Source of the DNA: an uncultured Acidimicrobiaceae bacterium
GTDB lineage: Bacteria; Actinomycetota; Acidimicrobiia; Acidimicrobiales; Bog-793
Assembly: GCA_963725215.1 (NCBI GenBank)
Contig: CAVRXQ010000007.1
Location: forward strand, 465,294 to 529,293
Direction: 5' to 3'
Length of the DNA stretch: 64,000 bases
Every line of letters starts with the position of its first letter. The first letter of the stretch is position 1. The translations under genes and the position numbers were made by a program. Shown one piece after another: positions 30,000 through 39,763 of this stretch. The notes below the pieces were generated by a model, which had not been told where the DNA came from, searched no databases, and was given only the letters and a program-made list of their open reading frames with translations.

Positions 30000-32644
30000 G
30001 AGGCTTTCTGCTCCGCGTCGATTCGCACGAGGGCTTGCGCGGCGGCGAGGCGCGCGATCGGGACCCTGAAAGGCGAGCAGCTGACGTAGTCCAGGCCGAC
30101 GCGAGCGAAGACGTCGATCGACTCGGGGTCGCCTCCGTGCTCACCGCATATTCCGAGATGGAGTGACGGGTTCGCCTTTCGGCCCCGCTCGGTTGCGATC
30201 GCGACCAGCTCGCCGACACCCTTCGCGTCGATCGTCTGGAAGGGATTCGATGGGATGAGTCCCTTCGACAAGTAGGTCTCCATCATCCGCAGCTCGACGT
30301 CGTCGCGGCTGAAACCGAACGTCATCTGGGTGAGGTCGTTCGTGCCGAAGGAAAAGAAGTCCGCCGACTGAGCGATCTCTCCTGCCAACAACGCGGCGCG
30401 CGGTGTCTCGATCATCGTGCCGATCTGCACGTCGAGTTTCGAGCTCGAGTCACCGCCGAGTTCCTGCTCGATCGCCTCTACGACCCACGATCTCGCGAGC
30501 GCGAGCTCCTCGCGGGAGATGACGAGCGGGATCATCACCTCGACGTGAGGGTCGCCGCCCTCGCGTCGACGCTGAATCGCCGCTTCGATCAGCGCGCGGA
30601 CCTGCATTCCGTAGAGACCTGGCTTCAATACCCCGAGGCGGACGCCGCGCGTGCCGAGCATCGGGTTCTGCTCGTGCCATTGCTTCGCCGCGTCGAGCAG
30701 CTGACCCTCTTCTGTCGTCAGTTCTCCTTGCGCGGCTTTCAGCTCGAGCGAGCTCACGTCGGGGAGGAATTCGTGCAGTGGGGGATCCAACAGGCGCACC
30801 GTCACGGGGAGTCCGTCCATCGCCTCCAAGATCTCGACGAAGTCGAAGCGCTGCGCGACGCGCAGTTCTTCCAGTGCGGCGGTCTCATCTGACGGATCCG
30901 AAGCGAGGATCATGCGGCGCACGATCGGGAGGCGATCCTCGGCGAGGAACATGTGCTCGGTGCGGCAAAGTCCGATTCCCTCCGCGCCGAGCCGGCGCGC
31001 GTTGTCGGCGTCCGGACCGTTGTCCGCGTTCGCCCGCACGCCGAGGCGACCTGCCCGGATCTCGTCCGCCCACGAGAGCAGCGTCGTGAGCTCCTCGGAG
31101 GGTCGCGCGCCGGAGAGCTCGACGGGTCCGATAACGACGATGCCAGAGGTGCCGTCGATCGAGATCACGTCGCCTTCGTTGACGACGGTGCCGCCGACCC
31201 GAAAGCGGTCGCGCTCGATCTGCAGGGCGTGCGCTCCGACCACCGCGGGCTTTCCCCAGCCCCGGGCGACGACGGCGGCGTGCGAGACGAGGCCACCTCG
31301 GGCGGTGAGCAGGCCCGAAGCCGCAAGCATCCCGTGCACGTCGTCGGGGGACGTCTCCGCGCGGACAAGGATCACCTCTTCTCCGGCGCGCGCGAGCTCG
31401 ACCGCCCGATCCGCGCGCAACACGACCTTCCCGACAGCCGCGCCCGGAGACGCGCCGAGGCCGCGCGTCAAGACCTCGAAGTCGCTGCTCGCGAACTGTG
31501 GGTGGAGCACGCCGTCGACGTGCTCCGCGCTCACGCGCATCACCGCCTCTGGTCTCGAGAGCTTGATGACCGGGTCGTCGACCATCTCGACGGCCATGCG
31601 CAGCGCGGCCCGTCCGGTGCGCTTCCCGACGCGGGTTTGGAGCATCCAGAGCTTTTCCGAGTCGATCGTGAACTCGGTGTCGCACATGTCGCGGTAGTGC
31701 CGTTCGAGGCGGGCGAAGATGTCGAGCAGCTCCGCGTAGACCTCGGGGAAATCGCGGCCCAAGGCCGCGAGCGGCTCGGTGTTGCGCGTCCCGGCGACGA
31801 CATCTTCTCCTTGTGCGTTGACGAGGAAGTCGCCGTACGGTCGGTTTTCCCCGGTCGCCGGGTCGCGGGTGAAGCCGACCCCCGTGCCCGATCGGTCGTT
31901 GCGGTTGCCGAAGACCATCGCCTGGACGGTCACCGCGGTGCCGAGGTCGTCGCGGATGCGCTCACGCTTGCGATAGGCGATCGCTCGCGGGGCGTTCCAG
32001 GAGTTGAAGACCGCCTCGATCGCCCCGCGCAGCTGCGCCGTCGGGTCCTGGGGGAATGGGGTTCCGGATAAGCGCTTCACGAGTTCCAAGTACTCACCGC
32101 ACATCGCGACGAGGATTTCTGCCGGGATCTCCGCGTCAACGGCTGCGCCGGCTTGCGCGCGCGCCTTTTCCAAGGCTTCCTCGAAACCCGTCTTGTCGAG
32201 ACCGACCACGATCGAGGCGTACATCTCGATGAAACGGCGGTAGCAGTCGTAGGCGAAGCGGTCGCCGGCGGTCTGCTTGGCGAGGCCGACCACCGAGCGG
32301 TCGTTGAGCCCGAGATTCAAGACCGTGTCCATCATCCCGGGCATCGAGATCTCCGCTCCGGAGCGCACGGAGACGAGCAACGGGTCCTCCGCGTCGCCGA
32401 TTCGGCGCCCCATCCGCTCTTCGAGCACGGCGACGTGCGCGTCGACTTCTTCTGTGAGGCCATCGGGCCAGCCGTGCGCGAGGTACTCGCGGCAGGTCTC
32501 GGTCGAGATCGTGAAGCCGTGGGGGACCGGCAGATGCAACACCGAGGTCATCTCGGCGAGGCTCGCCCCTTTTCCGCCGAGTAGGGCGTTGAGCTCGCGT
32601 GGCTCGACGTCGTGATGGTGGTCGAAGTCAAAGACGTGGGTCAC
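29996..32644 (-). CDS. ppdK: pyruvate, phosphate dikinase
   Basis: 882 aa. N-terminal LLGGKGASLAEM, phospho-His region (GGLVSHAAVVARGWGKP), C-terminal PEP-utilising domain (FFSFGTNDLTQMTFG...DYVSCSPFRVPIARLAAAQA). Confidence 0.95.
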   Translation of the reverse strand: MTHVFDFDHHHDVEPRELNALLGGKGASLAEMTSVLHLPVPHGFTISTETCREYLAHGWPDGLTEEVDAHVAVLEERMGRRIGDAEDPLLVSVRSGAEISMPGMMDTVLNLGLNDRSVVGLAKQTAGDRFAYDCYRRFIEMYASIVVGLDKTGFEEALEKARAQAGAAVDAEIPAEILVAMCGEYLELVKRLSGTPFPQDPTAQLRGAIEAVFNSWNAPRAIAYRKRERIRDDLGTAVTVQAMVFGNRNDRSGTGVGFTRDPATGENRPYGDFLVNAQGEDVVAGTRNTEPLAALGRDFPEVYAELLDIFARLERHYRDMCDTEFTIDSEKLWMLQTRVGKRTGRAALRMAVEMVDDPVIKLSRPEAVMRVSAEHVDGVLHPQFASSDFEVLTRGLGASPGAAVGKVVLRADRAVELARAGEEVILVRAETSPDDVHGMLAASGLLTARGGLVSHAAVVARGWGKPAVVGAHALQIERDRFRVGGTVVNEGDVISIDGTSGIVVIGPVELSGARPSEELTTLLSWADEIRAGRLGVRANADNGPDADNARRLGAEGIGLCRTEHMFLAEDRLPIVRRMILASDPSDETAALEELRVAQRFDFVEILEAMDGLPVTVRLLDPPLHEFLPDVSSLELKAAQGELTTEEGQLLDAAKQWHEQNPMLGTRGVRLGVLKPGLYGMQVRALIEAAIQRRREGGDPHVEVMIPLVISREELALARSWVVEAIEQELGGDSSSKLDVQIGTMIETPRAALLAGEIAQSADFFSFGTNDLTQMTFGFSRDDVELRMMETYLSKGLIPSNPFQTIDAKGVGELVAIATERGRKANPSLHLGICGEHGGDPESIDVFARVGLDYVSCSPFRVPIARLAAAQALVRIDAEQKAS

Positions 32645-32688
32645 GCGACTCCGCCTTTCTCTCTTCGGCGGTGGAGATTGTTCGAAGA

Positions 32689-34036
32689 TTACGTCGCAAT
32701 CCGGTCGGAGAGTTCGGCGACGACGTTCTCGATCGGCAGGCGCACCTGCTCGGTCGTGTCGCGCTCACGGATCGTGACGGCACCGTCGTCGATGCTCTCG
32801 AAGTCGACGGTGACGCAGTACGGCGTGCCGATCTCGTCTTGTCGGCGGTACCGCCGCCCGATCGACTGTGTCGTGTCGTACTCACACATGAACTTTTCTT
32901 GACAGCGTTTCAGCACGTCCTTCGAGATCTCTTCGAGCGATTCTTTTTTCGAAAGCGGCAGCACCGCCACTTGGAATGGCGAGATCTCGGGATGTAGACG
33001 TAACACGACGCGCCGCTCTCCGGCGACGACGTCTTCGTCGTATGCGGCAAGGAGGAACGCCATCATCGCCCTCGTCGCGCCTGCGGCGGGCTCGATCACG
33101 TACGGCGTGTAGCGCTCGTTCGTCGACGAATCGAAGTACTCGAGACGGACGCCGGAGTGCTCGCTGTGGGCGCGCAAGTCGTAGTCGGTCCTGTTTGCGA
33201 TCCCTTCGAGTTCGCCCCAGCCCCAGGGGAACGCGAACTCGATGTCGGTCGTCTGGCTCGAGTAGTCCGCGAGGTCTTCCTTCGCGTGATCGTGGAAGCG
33301 CAGCAGCTGTTCTCCGATGCCGTAGCGCCGATACCAGGCCATGCGTTCTTCACGCCAGTAGTCGAACCACTTTCCCGCCTCGTCGGGCGGGACGAAGTAC
33401 TCGAGTTCCATCATCTCGAACTCCCGGGTGCGGAAGACGAAGTTCCCCGGGGTGATCTCGTTGCGGAACCCGCGCCCGATTTGCGCGATGCCGAATGGCG
33501 GTTTCAGTCTCATCGTCGTCATCACGTTCAAGAAGTTGACGAACATGCCCTGTGCGGTTTCCGGTCGCAAGTACGCGACGGCACTTTCGTCGTCGATCGG
33601 GCCGACGAAGGTCTTGAACATCAAGTTGAACGGGCGAGCTTCGGTGAGGTCCGTCGAGCCGCAGTTCGGGCAGGTGCCGCTGATCTCATCGGCGCGCCAA
33701 CGCTCGTGGCAGTTTTTGCAGTCGACGAGGGGGTCGGCGAAGGTCTCGAGGTGTCCGGAGGCCTCCCAGACCTTCGGGTTTGTCAAGATCGCCGCGTCGA
33801 TCGGGACGATCTCGTCGCGCTCGCGCACGACGGCGCGCCACCAGGCGTCCTTCACGTTGCGGAGCATCGAGCGCGCCGAGCGGTCCGTAGTCGTAGGTGG
33901 ATCGCAACCCGCCGTAAATCTCGGCGGAGGGGAAGACGAAGCCCCGGCGCTTTGCCAGGTTGACGATCGTCTCAAAGCGGTCGGTCCCGTTCGCGCTCGA
34001 AACAGCCTCGGTTTCTTCGGGCTCGGTCGCCGTCAT
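32689..34036 (-). pseudogene. glyQS: glycine--tRNA ligase (class II, dimeric GlyQS type); reading frame broken once as assembled
   Basis: The N-terminal 55 aa ([35 protein letters not shown]) lie in the 33686..34036 ORF. The remainder ([14 protein letters not shown]...FRNEITPGNFVFRTREFEMMELEYF...) lies in the 32689..33975 ORF. The junction is near 33865-33875 and the span is 1348 nt (3n+1). Confidence 0.9.
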
Positions 34037-34103
34037 TCGCCGAGGATAACAGCCCAGGTGGGAGCCACTTTCGGTATGCAGATCCGGGGTCTAAGTGCGA
34101 CGG

Positions 34104-34835
34104 CTACGCGGAGAGGTGTGCTTCAGCGAGGTGGTGACGGGCGGAGCGCAGCCGGCGGTCGAGGTGACGCTCGACCGCACCGAGCGCGAGTCGCTCGAGC
34201 GCGACGATCTCGGGGCCGCTCGCTTCCTGAAGTGCCCGCGCGAGCCCGCCGGAGGTGACGGCGCGGGCAAGCGCGACGACGTCAGGGCCGACCGCCTGGC
34301 CGCGCCGGCAGTTCGCGCAGAGGAAGCCACCGTTTGCGGCGTCGAAGGCGACGAGCGGCTCTTGCGAACCGCAGCTCGCGCAGCGATCGGCGACGACGCC
34401 GACGCCTTCTGTGGCGAGCAGCTTCAAACAGAACGCCGCCAGCACGAGGCGAGAACCGGTCGACTCGAGCGAGCGCAGTGCTCCGACGAGCAGGCGGTAC
34501 AGGTCGGGGGACTGCTGGTGGTCGACGGTCGACTGGTCGGTGATCTCTGCCATCGTCATCGCCGCGTCGAGCCGTCCGAGGTCGGCTCGGATGCGCGCGA
34601 AGACGTCGAGGACCTCGACCTGGTTGACGACGTCGAGCTCCCGTCCCCGCCAAGCCATGAAGTCGATGTGGGTGAGCGGTTCCGTGCGGGCGCCGAGGCG
34701 ACTTTTCACCTTGCGCACCCCCTTCGCAACCGCCCGCACCTTGCCGTGCTCGAGTGTCAGCACCGTCGCGATGCGATCGGCCTCTCCGAGGCGGATCGTG
34801 CGCAAAACGACGCCTTGGTCGCGATAGTTCGCCAC
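34104..34835 (-). CDS. recO: DNA repair protein RecO
   Basis: YRDQGVVLRTIRLGEADRI OB-fold N-terminus and a zinc motif CASCG...FLCANC. Confidence 0.9.
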   Translation of the reverse strand: MANYRDQGVVLRTIRLGEADRIATVLTLEHGKVRAVAKGVRKVKSRLGARTEPLTHIDFMAWRGRELDVVNQVEVLDVFARIRADLGRLDAAMTMAEITDQSTVDHQQSPDLYRLLVGALRSLESTGSRLVLAAFCLKLLATEGVGVVADRCASCGSQEPLVAFDAANGGFLCANCRRGQAVGPDVVALARAVTSGGLARALQEASGPEIVALERLALGAVERHLDRRLRSARHHLAEAHLSA

Positions 34836-34838
34836 TAA

Positions 34839-35057
34839 TCAGGCCGCATGGATGCGGCCGCCGAGGATGATGAGCACCAAGCCGGCGAGGACGAGCGGGA
34901 TGAATAAAGCGGCGGGTGTGTACCCCGATTCGGCGAGGAGCGCCAAAAAGGCGATCGCGAGAATGCCGAGGACGATGCCCGAGAGGCGCCCAGCGTGCTC
35001 CCACAGCCATTGCCGACGCGAGACGAGGGCGTTGTCCTCGACCGCTTGGCCCGTCAT
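34839..35057 (-). CDS. hypothetical small membrane protein (72 aa, two helices)
   Basis: ATGA overlap with the uppS stop, and its stop lies 3 nt before the recO start. Hydrophobic GIVLGILAIAFLALL and LFIPLVLAGLVLIILGG. Confidence 0.6.
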   Translation of the reverse strand: MTGQAVEDNALVSRRQWLWEHAGRLSGIVLGILAIAFLALLAESGYTPAALFIPLVLAGLVLIILGGRIHAA

Positions 35058-35785
35058 CGCTTGACCTTTCCATAGCGCCGCTCACGGTGCTGGTACTCGC
35101 GCACCGCGTCGAAGAGGTGGTCGCGATCGAAGTCCGGCCACAACACGTCAGTGAACACGAGTTCGGAGTACGCGAGTTCCCACAACAAGAAGTTCGAGAT
35201 CCGGTACTCACCCGAGGTGCGGATGATGAGGTCGGGATCGGGCATGTCCGGGTAGTACAGGTGCGCCCGGATCTGCCTTTCGTCGACCTTGTCCGCCGGG
35301 ACGCGGTCCGCGACGAGGGCACGGACCGAGTCGACGATCTCTGCGCGCCCGCCGTAGTTGAAACAGATCGTGAACGTGAGGCGTGAGTTCTTCGCGGTGA
35401 GCTCTTCGGCCTCGGTCATCTGGCGCGCGATCCGTCGCGGCACGCGCCAGTCCTTTCTGCCGGCGAATCGAATCCGCACGCCTCTTTCGTGCAGCGAGTC
35501 TCGATGCCTGGACAGGATGCGCTCGTTGAAGTTCATCAGGAAGCGCACTTCATCGGGCGGCCTTCTCCAGTTCTCGGTGGAAAAGGCGTAGACGGTGAAC
35601 CACTCGACGCCGAGTTCCAAGATGCCGTCGATCACCCTGAACAAGGCGTCTTCGCCAGCTTCGTGCCCCGCGGTCCTCGGCAGGCTTCTTTGGGCCGCCC
35701 ACCTTCCGTTGCCGTCCATCACAACGGCGATGTGGCGGGGGATTCGCCTCAGATCAATCCCATCTACCGATTGCGAGGGTGACAC
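35054..35785 (-). CDS. uppS: isoprenyl transferase (undecaprenyl-diphosphate synthase family)
   Basis: HIAVVMDGNGRWA, FSTENWRRP, RTSGEYRISNFLLWELAYSELVF. Start set at GTG 35785, 23 aa before the DGNGRWA motif. The 512-aa tracked ORF is an antisense read-through across cysH. Confidence 0.88.
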   Translation of the reverse strand: MSPSQSVDGIDLRRIPRHIAVVMDGNGRWAAQRSLPRTAGHEAGEDALFRVIDGILELGVEWFTVYAFSTENWRRPPDEVRFLMNFNERILSRHRDSLHERGVRIRFAGRKDWRVPRRIARQMTEAEELTAKNSRLTFTICFNYGGRAEIVDSVRALVADRVPADKVDERQIRAHLYYPDMPDPDLIIRTSGEYRISNFLLWELAYSELVFTDVLWPDFDRDHLFDAVREYQHRERRYGKVKR

Positions 35786-35899
35786 TGCAGCGAGGCTACT
35801 TCGGGCGCCTGCTGGCCCAAGTGTCGTGCAAGGCCGGTCGGTCGCGATTCGCGGTCGTGCCGAGGAGTCAGTTTGCTTGTCAGGTAGCGTCGATGCTGG

Positions 35900-36586
35900 A
35901 TGAGTCAGGCGCGCGAGAACGTTACCGAACGGCCTTCGCCGATCGAGGAGTACGCGGCGATTGGCGCGCGCCTCGACGGCAAAAACGCCGACGAGATCTG
36001 TCGTTGGGCGATCGAGCGATTCGGGCGTGACCTCGTCGTCGCCGCTTCGTTCCAAGACTGCGTGCTCATCGACGTCGTTCATCGCGTCGATCCAGGCGCC
36101 GAGTTCGTCTTCTTGGACACCTGCTTCCACTTCCCAGAGACGCTCTCGTTCGTCGACGAGGTGGCCGAGCGGTACGGGCTCAACCTCACCGTGCTGCGGC
36201 CGTCGATCCCCCTCGACGAGTCTCCGTGCGGCTCGCCTCGTTGTTGCGAGCTTCGCAAGGTCGAACCGCTGAACGCGACGTTGCGGGAGAAGTCCGCTTG
36301 GATCACGGGGCTGAAGCGCGTCGACACGCCCGAGCGGGCGAACGCCCCGGTCGTCTCCTTCGACGAGCTTCGCGAGGTGGTGAAGGTCAACCCGCTCGCC
36401 GCGTGGAGCGACGACGACATCGACGAGTACGTCGCCGAACACCAACTTCCGCGCCATCCTCTCAACGCGAAGGGCTACGTCTCCATCGGTTGTGCTCCGA
36501 CGACCCGCCCGATCGCATCCGGCGAAGATCCCCGGGTGGGAAGGTGGCCGGACTCGGACAAGACCGAGTGCGGCCTGCACCTCTGA
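35900..36586 (+). CDS. cysH: phosphoadenosine/adenosine 5'-phosphosulfate reductase
   Basis: ASFQDCVLIDV, FLDTCFHFPET, CCELRKVEPL, SIGCAPTTRP, C-terminal KTECGLH. Confidence 0.9.
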   Translation: MSQARENVTERPSPIEEYAAIGARLDGKNADEICRWAIERFGRDLVVAASFQDCVLIDVVHRVDPGAEFVFLDTCFHFPETLSFVDEVAERYGLNLTVLRPSIPLDESPCGSPRCCELRKVEPLNATLREKSAWITGLKRVDTPERANAPVVSFDELREVVKVNPLAAWSDDDIDEYVAEHQLPRHPLNAKGYVSIGCAPTTRPIASGEDPRVGRWPDSDKTECGLHL

Positions 36587-36667
36587 GGGCAATCCAAGGC
36601 CAGAAGTCCCACGCAGATCTGGGCGGTCCCCTAGAGCCGGTACACCCTCGTCGTAGGCTGCGCCGAA

Positions 36668-39600
36668 GTGTCCGGCAGGGTGTCATTGGTGCGATACGAC
36701 GACGCCGCCGGCGCGCTCGAGTCGGCTATCCGTGATCGAAAGGCGGATGACCCGCTTGCCGCGGTGACCGTCGTCGTCTCGTCACGGCGCATCGGCCAGT
36801 CGCTTCGTCACCGATTCGCCCGCGCACACCAGGCGAATGGGCGCACCGGCATCGCGAACGTCCGTTTCACCACGCTGGCCGATCTCGCAGACGAGTTCGG
36901 CGGGACGAGGTGTCGCTCGAGCGGCCGGAGCAGATTGACGAGATCCGCGCTCGGAGCGGCCGCCCGCGGCGCGCTGGCCGTCGAGCCTGGTTTCCTCGCC
37001 GCGGTCGCCGATCAACCCTCGACCGAGGCAGAGCTCGTCGCGCTGTACGAGGAGCTTCGTCAGCACGGAGACGCCGCGATCGAGCTGCTCGAGGGTCGCA
37101 GATCTTCGGGCCGCGACCTCGCGCGCATTTTTCGAGTAATGCGATCCCGACTCGCCGAAAGCTTCTTCGACGACGCCGACCTCGTCGACGCCGCGGTCGC
37201 GGCCATCGGCCAGCAACATCCGGAGGAGGTCGTCGTGGGATCCGTTGTTGTGCATCTTCCCGAACGTGCCCGACCCGACGAGTGTCGGCTCATCGCCGCG
37301 GTCGCTAACGAGTGCGACCTCGTCGTCCACGTCGGTCTGACGGGGGACGCAATGGCAGACGTGGTGAGTCTTCGGATCGCCGGCGCGCTGAAAGAAGTGG
37401 GACTCGACTCGCCGCCGATTCCACGGATGCCTGGGTCAGGCGACGCGGTCAACGACGTCGTTCACATGACGGCCGAAAGGATCGAGGCGCCCGACGTCGA
37501 GGCAGAGGTGCGCGCGGTGGTGCGCGTGGTGATCGATCACATCGAAAGCGGAGGGGCTCCGACTCGCGTCGCTCTTTTCTATCCGTCAGCGAAGAGCTAT
37601 CTAGGCACTCTCGCTTCCGTGCTCGATGAGGCGCAGATCGCGTGGAGCGGCCGATCTCCACGTCGGGTCGTTGAGTCGCCCGCCGCTCGAATCCTGCTCG
37701 GAGCAGCCGAGCTCGCGGAAGTCGGGTTGGAAAGGGAACGGGTGATCGCGTGGTTGAACTCGGCGCCGACGATCGACGCCGAAGGCGATCTCGTCCCCGT
37801 TGGCTTGTTCGATCGGGTGACCCGTCTCGCCGGCGTGACGTCGGGAAGTGCGACCGAGTGGCACCGTCACCTCCAAGAGCTCGCGGAGCGCCTGTCTTGG
37901 CGCACGAGTGAGGCTGTCTCTTCTGGACGCGACGAGGAGACCGGGCGTGAGATCGCCGCCAAGCCAAGAAGCGACCGCGACGTCGCGATCGAGCTGGATG
38001 CGTTCATCGCGGAACTCGAGTGCTACTGCGAACAGGCGAGACGGGCCGGGACGTGGGAGGACCTTGAGTCATTGGCGCGGGGCGTGCTGCGGAGATACCT
38101 CGGGTGGAGCAGCGACAAAGACTCGCCGCGCGACGGTGCAGACGCGCTCGTCGACGCGGCGCTTTCGGAACTCGGCGGACTGGGGCCGATCGAGCCAAGA
38201 GCCGACATCGCCCGATTTGCCGCGGCGCTCGAGGGGGCTCTCGAGCGCGTCTCTGTCTACGAGGGGCGGCTTTCGTACGGCGTTGGGGTGGGGAATCTCT
38301 TCGATTCTGTCGGGCTTGATCTCGACCTGGCGGTGATTCTTGGAGGAGTGGAAGGAGAGTTGCCGCCGCGGCCCCGGTCGTCGCCGTTGCTCTCGATCGA
38401 GGACCGAGCCGCGCTCGGCCTCGAGGCCGCGACGCCGGAGGCGGCGAGCACAGCCGCGCGCCATGCGCTCGTCGCGCTCGCGGAATCCTCGCGACGCGCG
38501 GTCTGCACTTGGCGACTGCGCGATTCCTCGGACGCGAGGGCGCGCGTGCGGTCGCGGTTCTTCGGACACGACGACGTTCCCGTGGCTCCGAGCCCCGTGG
38601 CGGTCCTGAAATCGATCGCATCGGGCGGAGAGACCGCGATTGGCGAGTCTGAGCTCGTCGCGGCGACTCTCCTCGAACTGCGCGCGGTGAGACGACGGCT
38701 ACGGTCGTTCCACCTCGTGGGCTCCGATCCCGATCTCCGGACTGCGCTGCGCGTCGTCACTTCGCGCGTCGCCCATCGATTCGACAGGTACGACGGCAGG
38801 GTCGAATCCGCCGCGAGCATCGAATCCGGTCGGATCCTCTCACCGACGACGCTCCAAAACTACGCCTGCTGTCCTTTCCGCTACTTCCTTTCGTCCGAGC
38901 TCGGCGTCGATGTCGTCGACGAGCCAGAGACACGGACGATGATCGATCGGCGCGACCGGGGCTCGATCGTTCACGAAGTGCTCGAACGCTTCGTATCCGA
39001 CCTGATCGACGAAACCGGCGATGTCGACACCTCCGACACCGCCGAGCATCTAGCTGCCGTTGCCTATCAAGTTTTCGGTCGATACGAGCGCCTCGGCCGC
39101 ACCGGGGCCGCGGTCCTCTGGCAACGCGAGAAGCGCGATTTGCTGGCGCTCTTGGAACAGGAACGACTCGCGGACGCGAGCCGACGAAGCGAAGAGGGGC
39201 GTCGCCCGATCGCACTCGAGTGGTCATTCGGCATCGGTGATGACCCACCGCTCGAGATTCCCGTGGGTTCGGGGAACGTCGCGTTCAGGGGCAAGGTCGA
39301 TCGGATCGATCGTGGACGAAACCGCGAGCTCTTGGTCGTCGACTACAAAACGGGACGTTCGAAGTCGTTCGACGGACTCGACGTCGACCCCCTTGACGCA
39401 GGCCGTCACCTCCAACTCGCGGTCTACTCGCTTGCCGTACGCGCACTTGTCGATAAAGACGCGCCAGTTTCTGCGAGCTATCGCTTCTTGGACGAAGGAG
39501 GAGCAGAAAGGACCGTGATCCTCGACGACGACCTCGTTGCCAAGACGAGCGAGGTTGTCGGCGTCATCGCGGACGGAGTGCGGGCCGGACTCTTCCCGTT

Positions 39601-39763
39601 CAATCCTGGAGAGCCGGTGTGGTGGGGAACCTTCCAGAACTGCGCGTACTGCGACTTCGACTCGGTGTGTCCGCCCGATCGCGACGATTTCTGGGAGGAA
39701 GCGAGCAGAGACTCCGATCTGGCGGCATACGTCGCGCTCGACGCCGGTGACGACGATGGGTGA
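36668..39763 (+). CDS. addB: AddB-like helicase-nuclease subunit (PD-(D/E)XK nuclease with Fe-S cluster; no Walker A seen)
   Basis: 1031 aa. C-terminal RecB-type nuclease (LVVDYKTGRS, HLQLAVY) and Cys ligands ACCPFRYF...C-x2-C-x5-C (NCAYCDFDSVC). No GxGKT/S motif found by eye. Confidence 0.75.
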   Translation: MSGRVSLVRYDDAAGALESAIRDRKADDPLAAVTVVVSSRRIGQSLRHRFARAHQANGRTGIANVRFTTLADLADEFGGTRCRSSGRSRLTRSALGAAARGALAVEPGFLAAVADQPSTEAELVALYEELRQHGDAAIELLEGRRSSGRDLARIFRVMRSRLAESFFDDADLVDAAVAAIGQQHPEEVVVGSVVVHLPERARPDECRLIAAVANECDLVVHVGLTGDAMADVVSLRIAGALKEVGLDSPPIPRMPGSGDAVNDVVHMTAERIEAPDVEAEVRAVVRVVIDHIESGGAPTRVALFYPSAKSYLGTLASVLDEAQIAWSGRSPRRVVESPAARILLGAAELAEVGLERERVIAWLNSAPTIDAEGDLVPVGLFDRVTRLAGVTSGSATEWHRHLQELAERLSWRTSEAVSSGRDEETGREIAAKPRSDRDVAIELDAFIAELECYCEQARRAGTWEDLESLARGVLRRYLGWSSDKDSPRDGADALVDAALSELGGLGPIEPRADIARFAAALEGALERVSVYEGRLSYGVGVGNLFDSVGLDLDLAVILGGVEGELPPRPRSSPLLSIEDRAALGLEAATPEAASTAARHALVALAESSRRAVCTWRLRDSSDARARVRSRFFGHDDVPVAPSPVAVLKSIASGGETAIGESELVAATLLELRAVRRRLRSFHLVGSDPDLRTALRVVTSRVAHRFDRYDGRVESAASIESGRILSPTTLQNYACCPFRYFLSSELGVDVVDEPETRTMIDRRDRGSIVHEVLERFVSDLIDETGDVDTSDTAEHLAAVAYQVFGRYERLGRTGAAVLWQREKRDLLALLEQERLADASRRSEEGRRPIALEWSFGIGDDPPLEIPVGSGNVAFRGKVDRIDRGRNRELLVVDYKTGRSKSFDGLDVDPLDAGRHLQLAVYSLAVRALVDKDAPVSASYRFLDEGGAERTVILDDDLVAKTSEVVGVIADGVRAGLFPFNPGEPVWWGTFQNCAYCDFDSVCPPDRDDFWEEASRDSDLAAYVALDAGDDDG

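Noticed and set aside
33686-34036. Programmed +1 ribosomal frameshifting as the explanation for glyQS, and likewise lepA at 61781-61790
   Set aside because: There is no slippery heptamer, no in-frame stop or rare codon at the shift site and no obvious downstream stimulatory structure. The zero frame stays open for tens of codons. An indel, real or artefactual, is the simpler reading. It remains listed under findings because it needs read-level checking.
35054-36592. 512-aa minus-strand ORF
   Set aside because: Only the last ~243 aa are UppS. The rest is an open frame antisense to cysH with no protein-like features.
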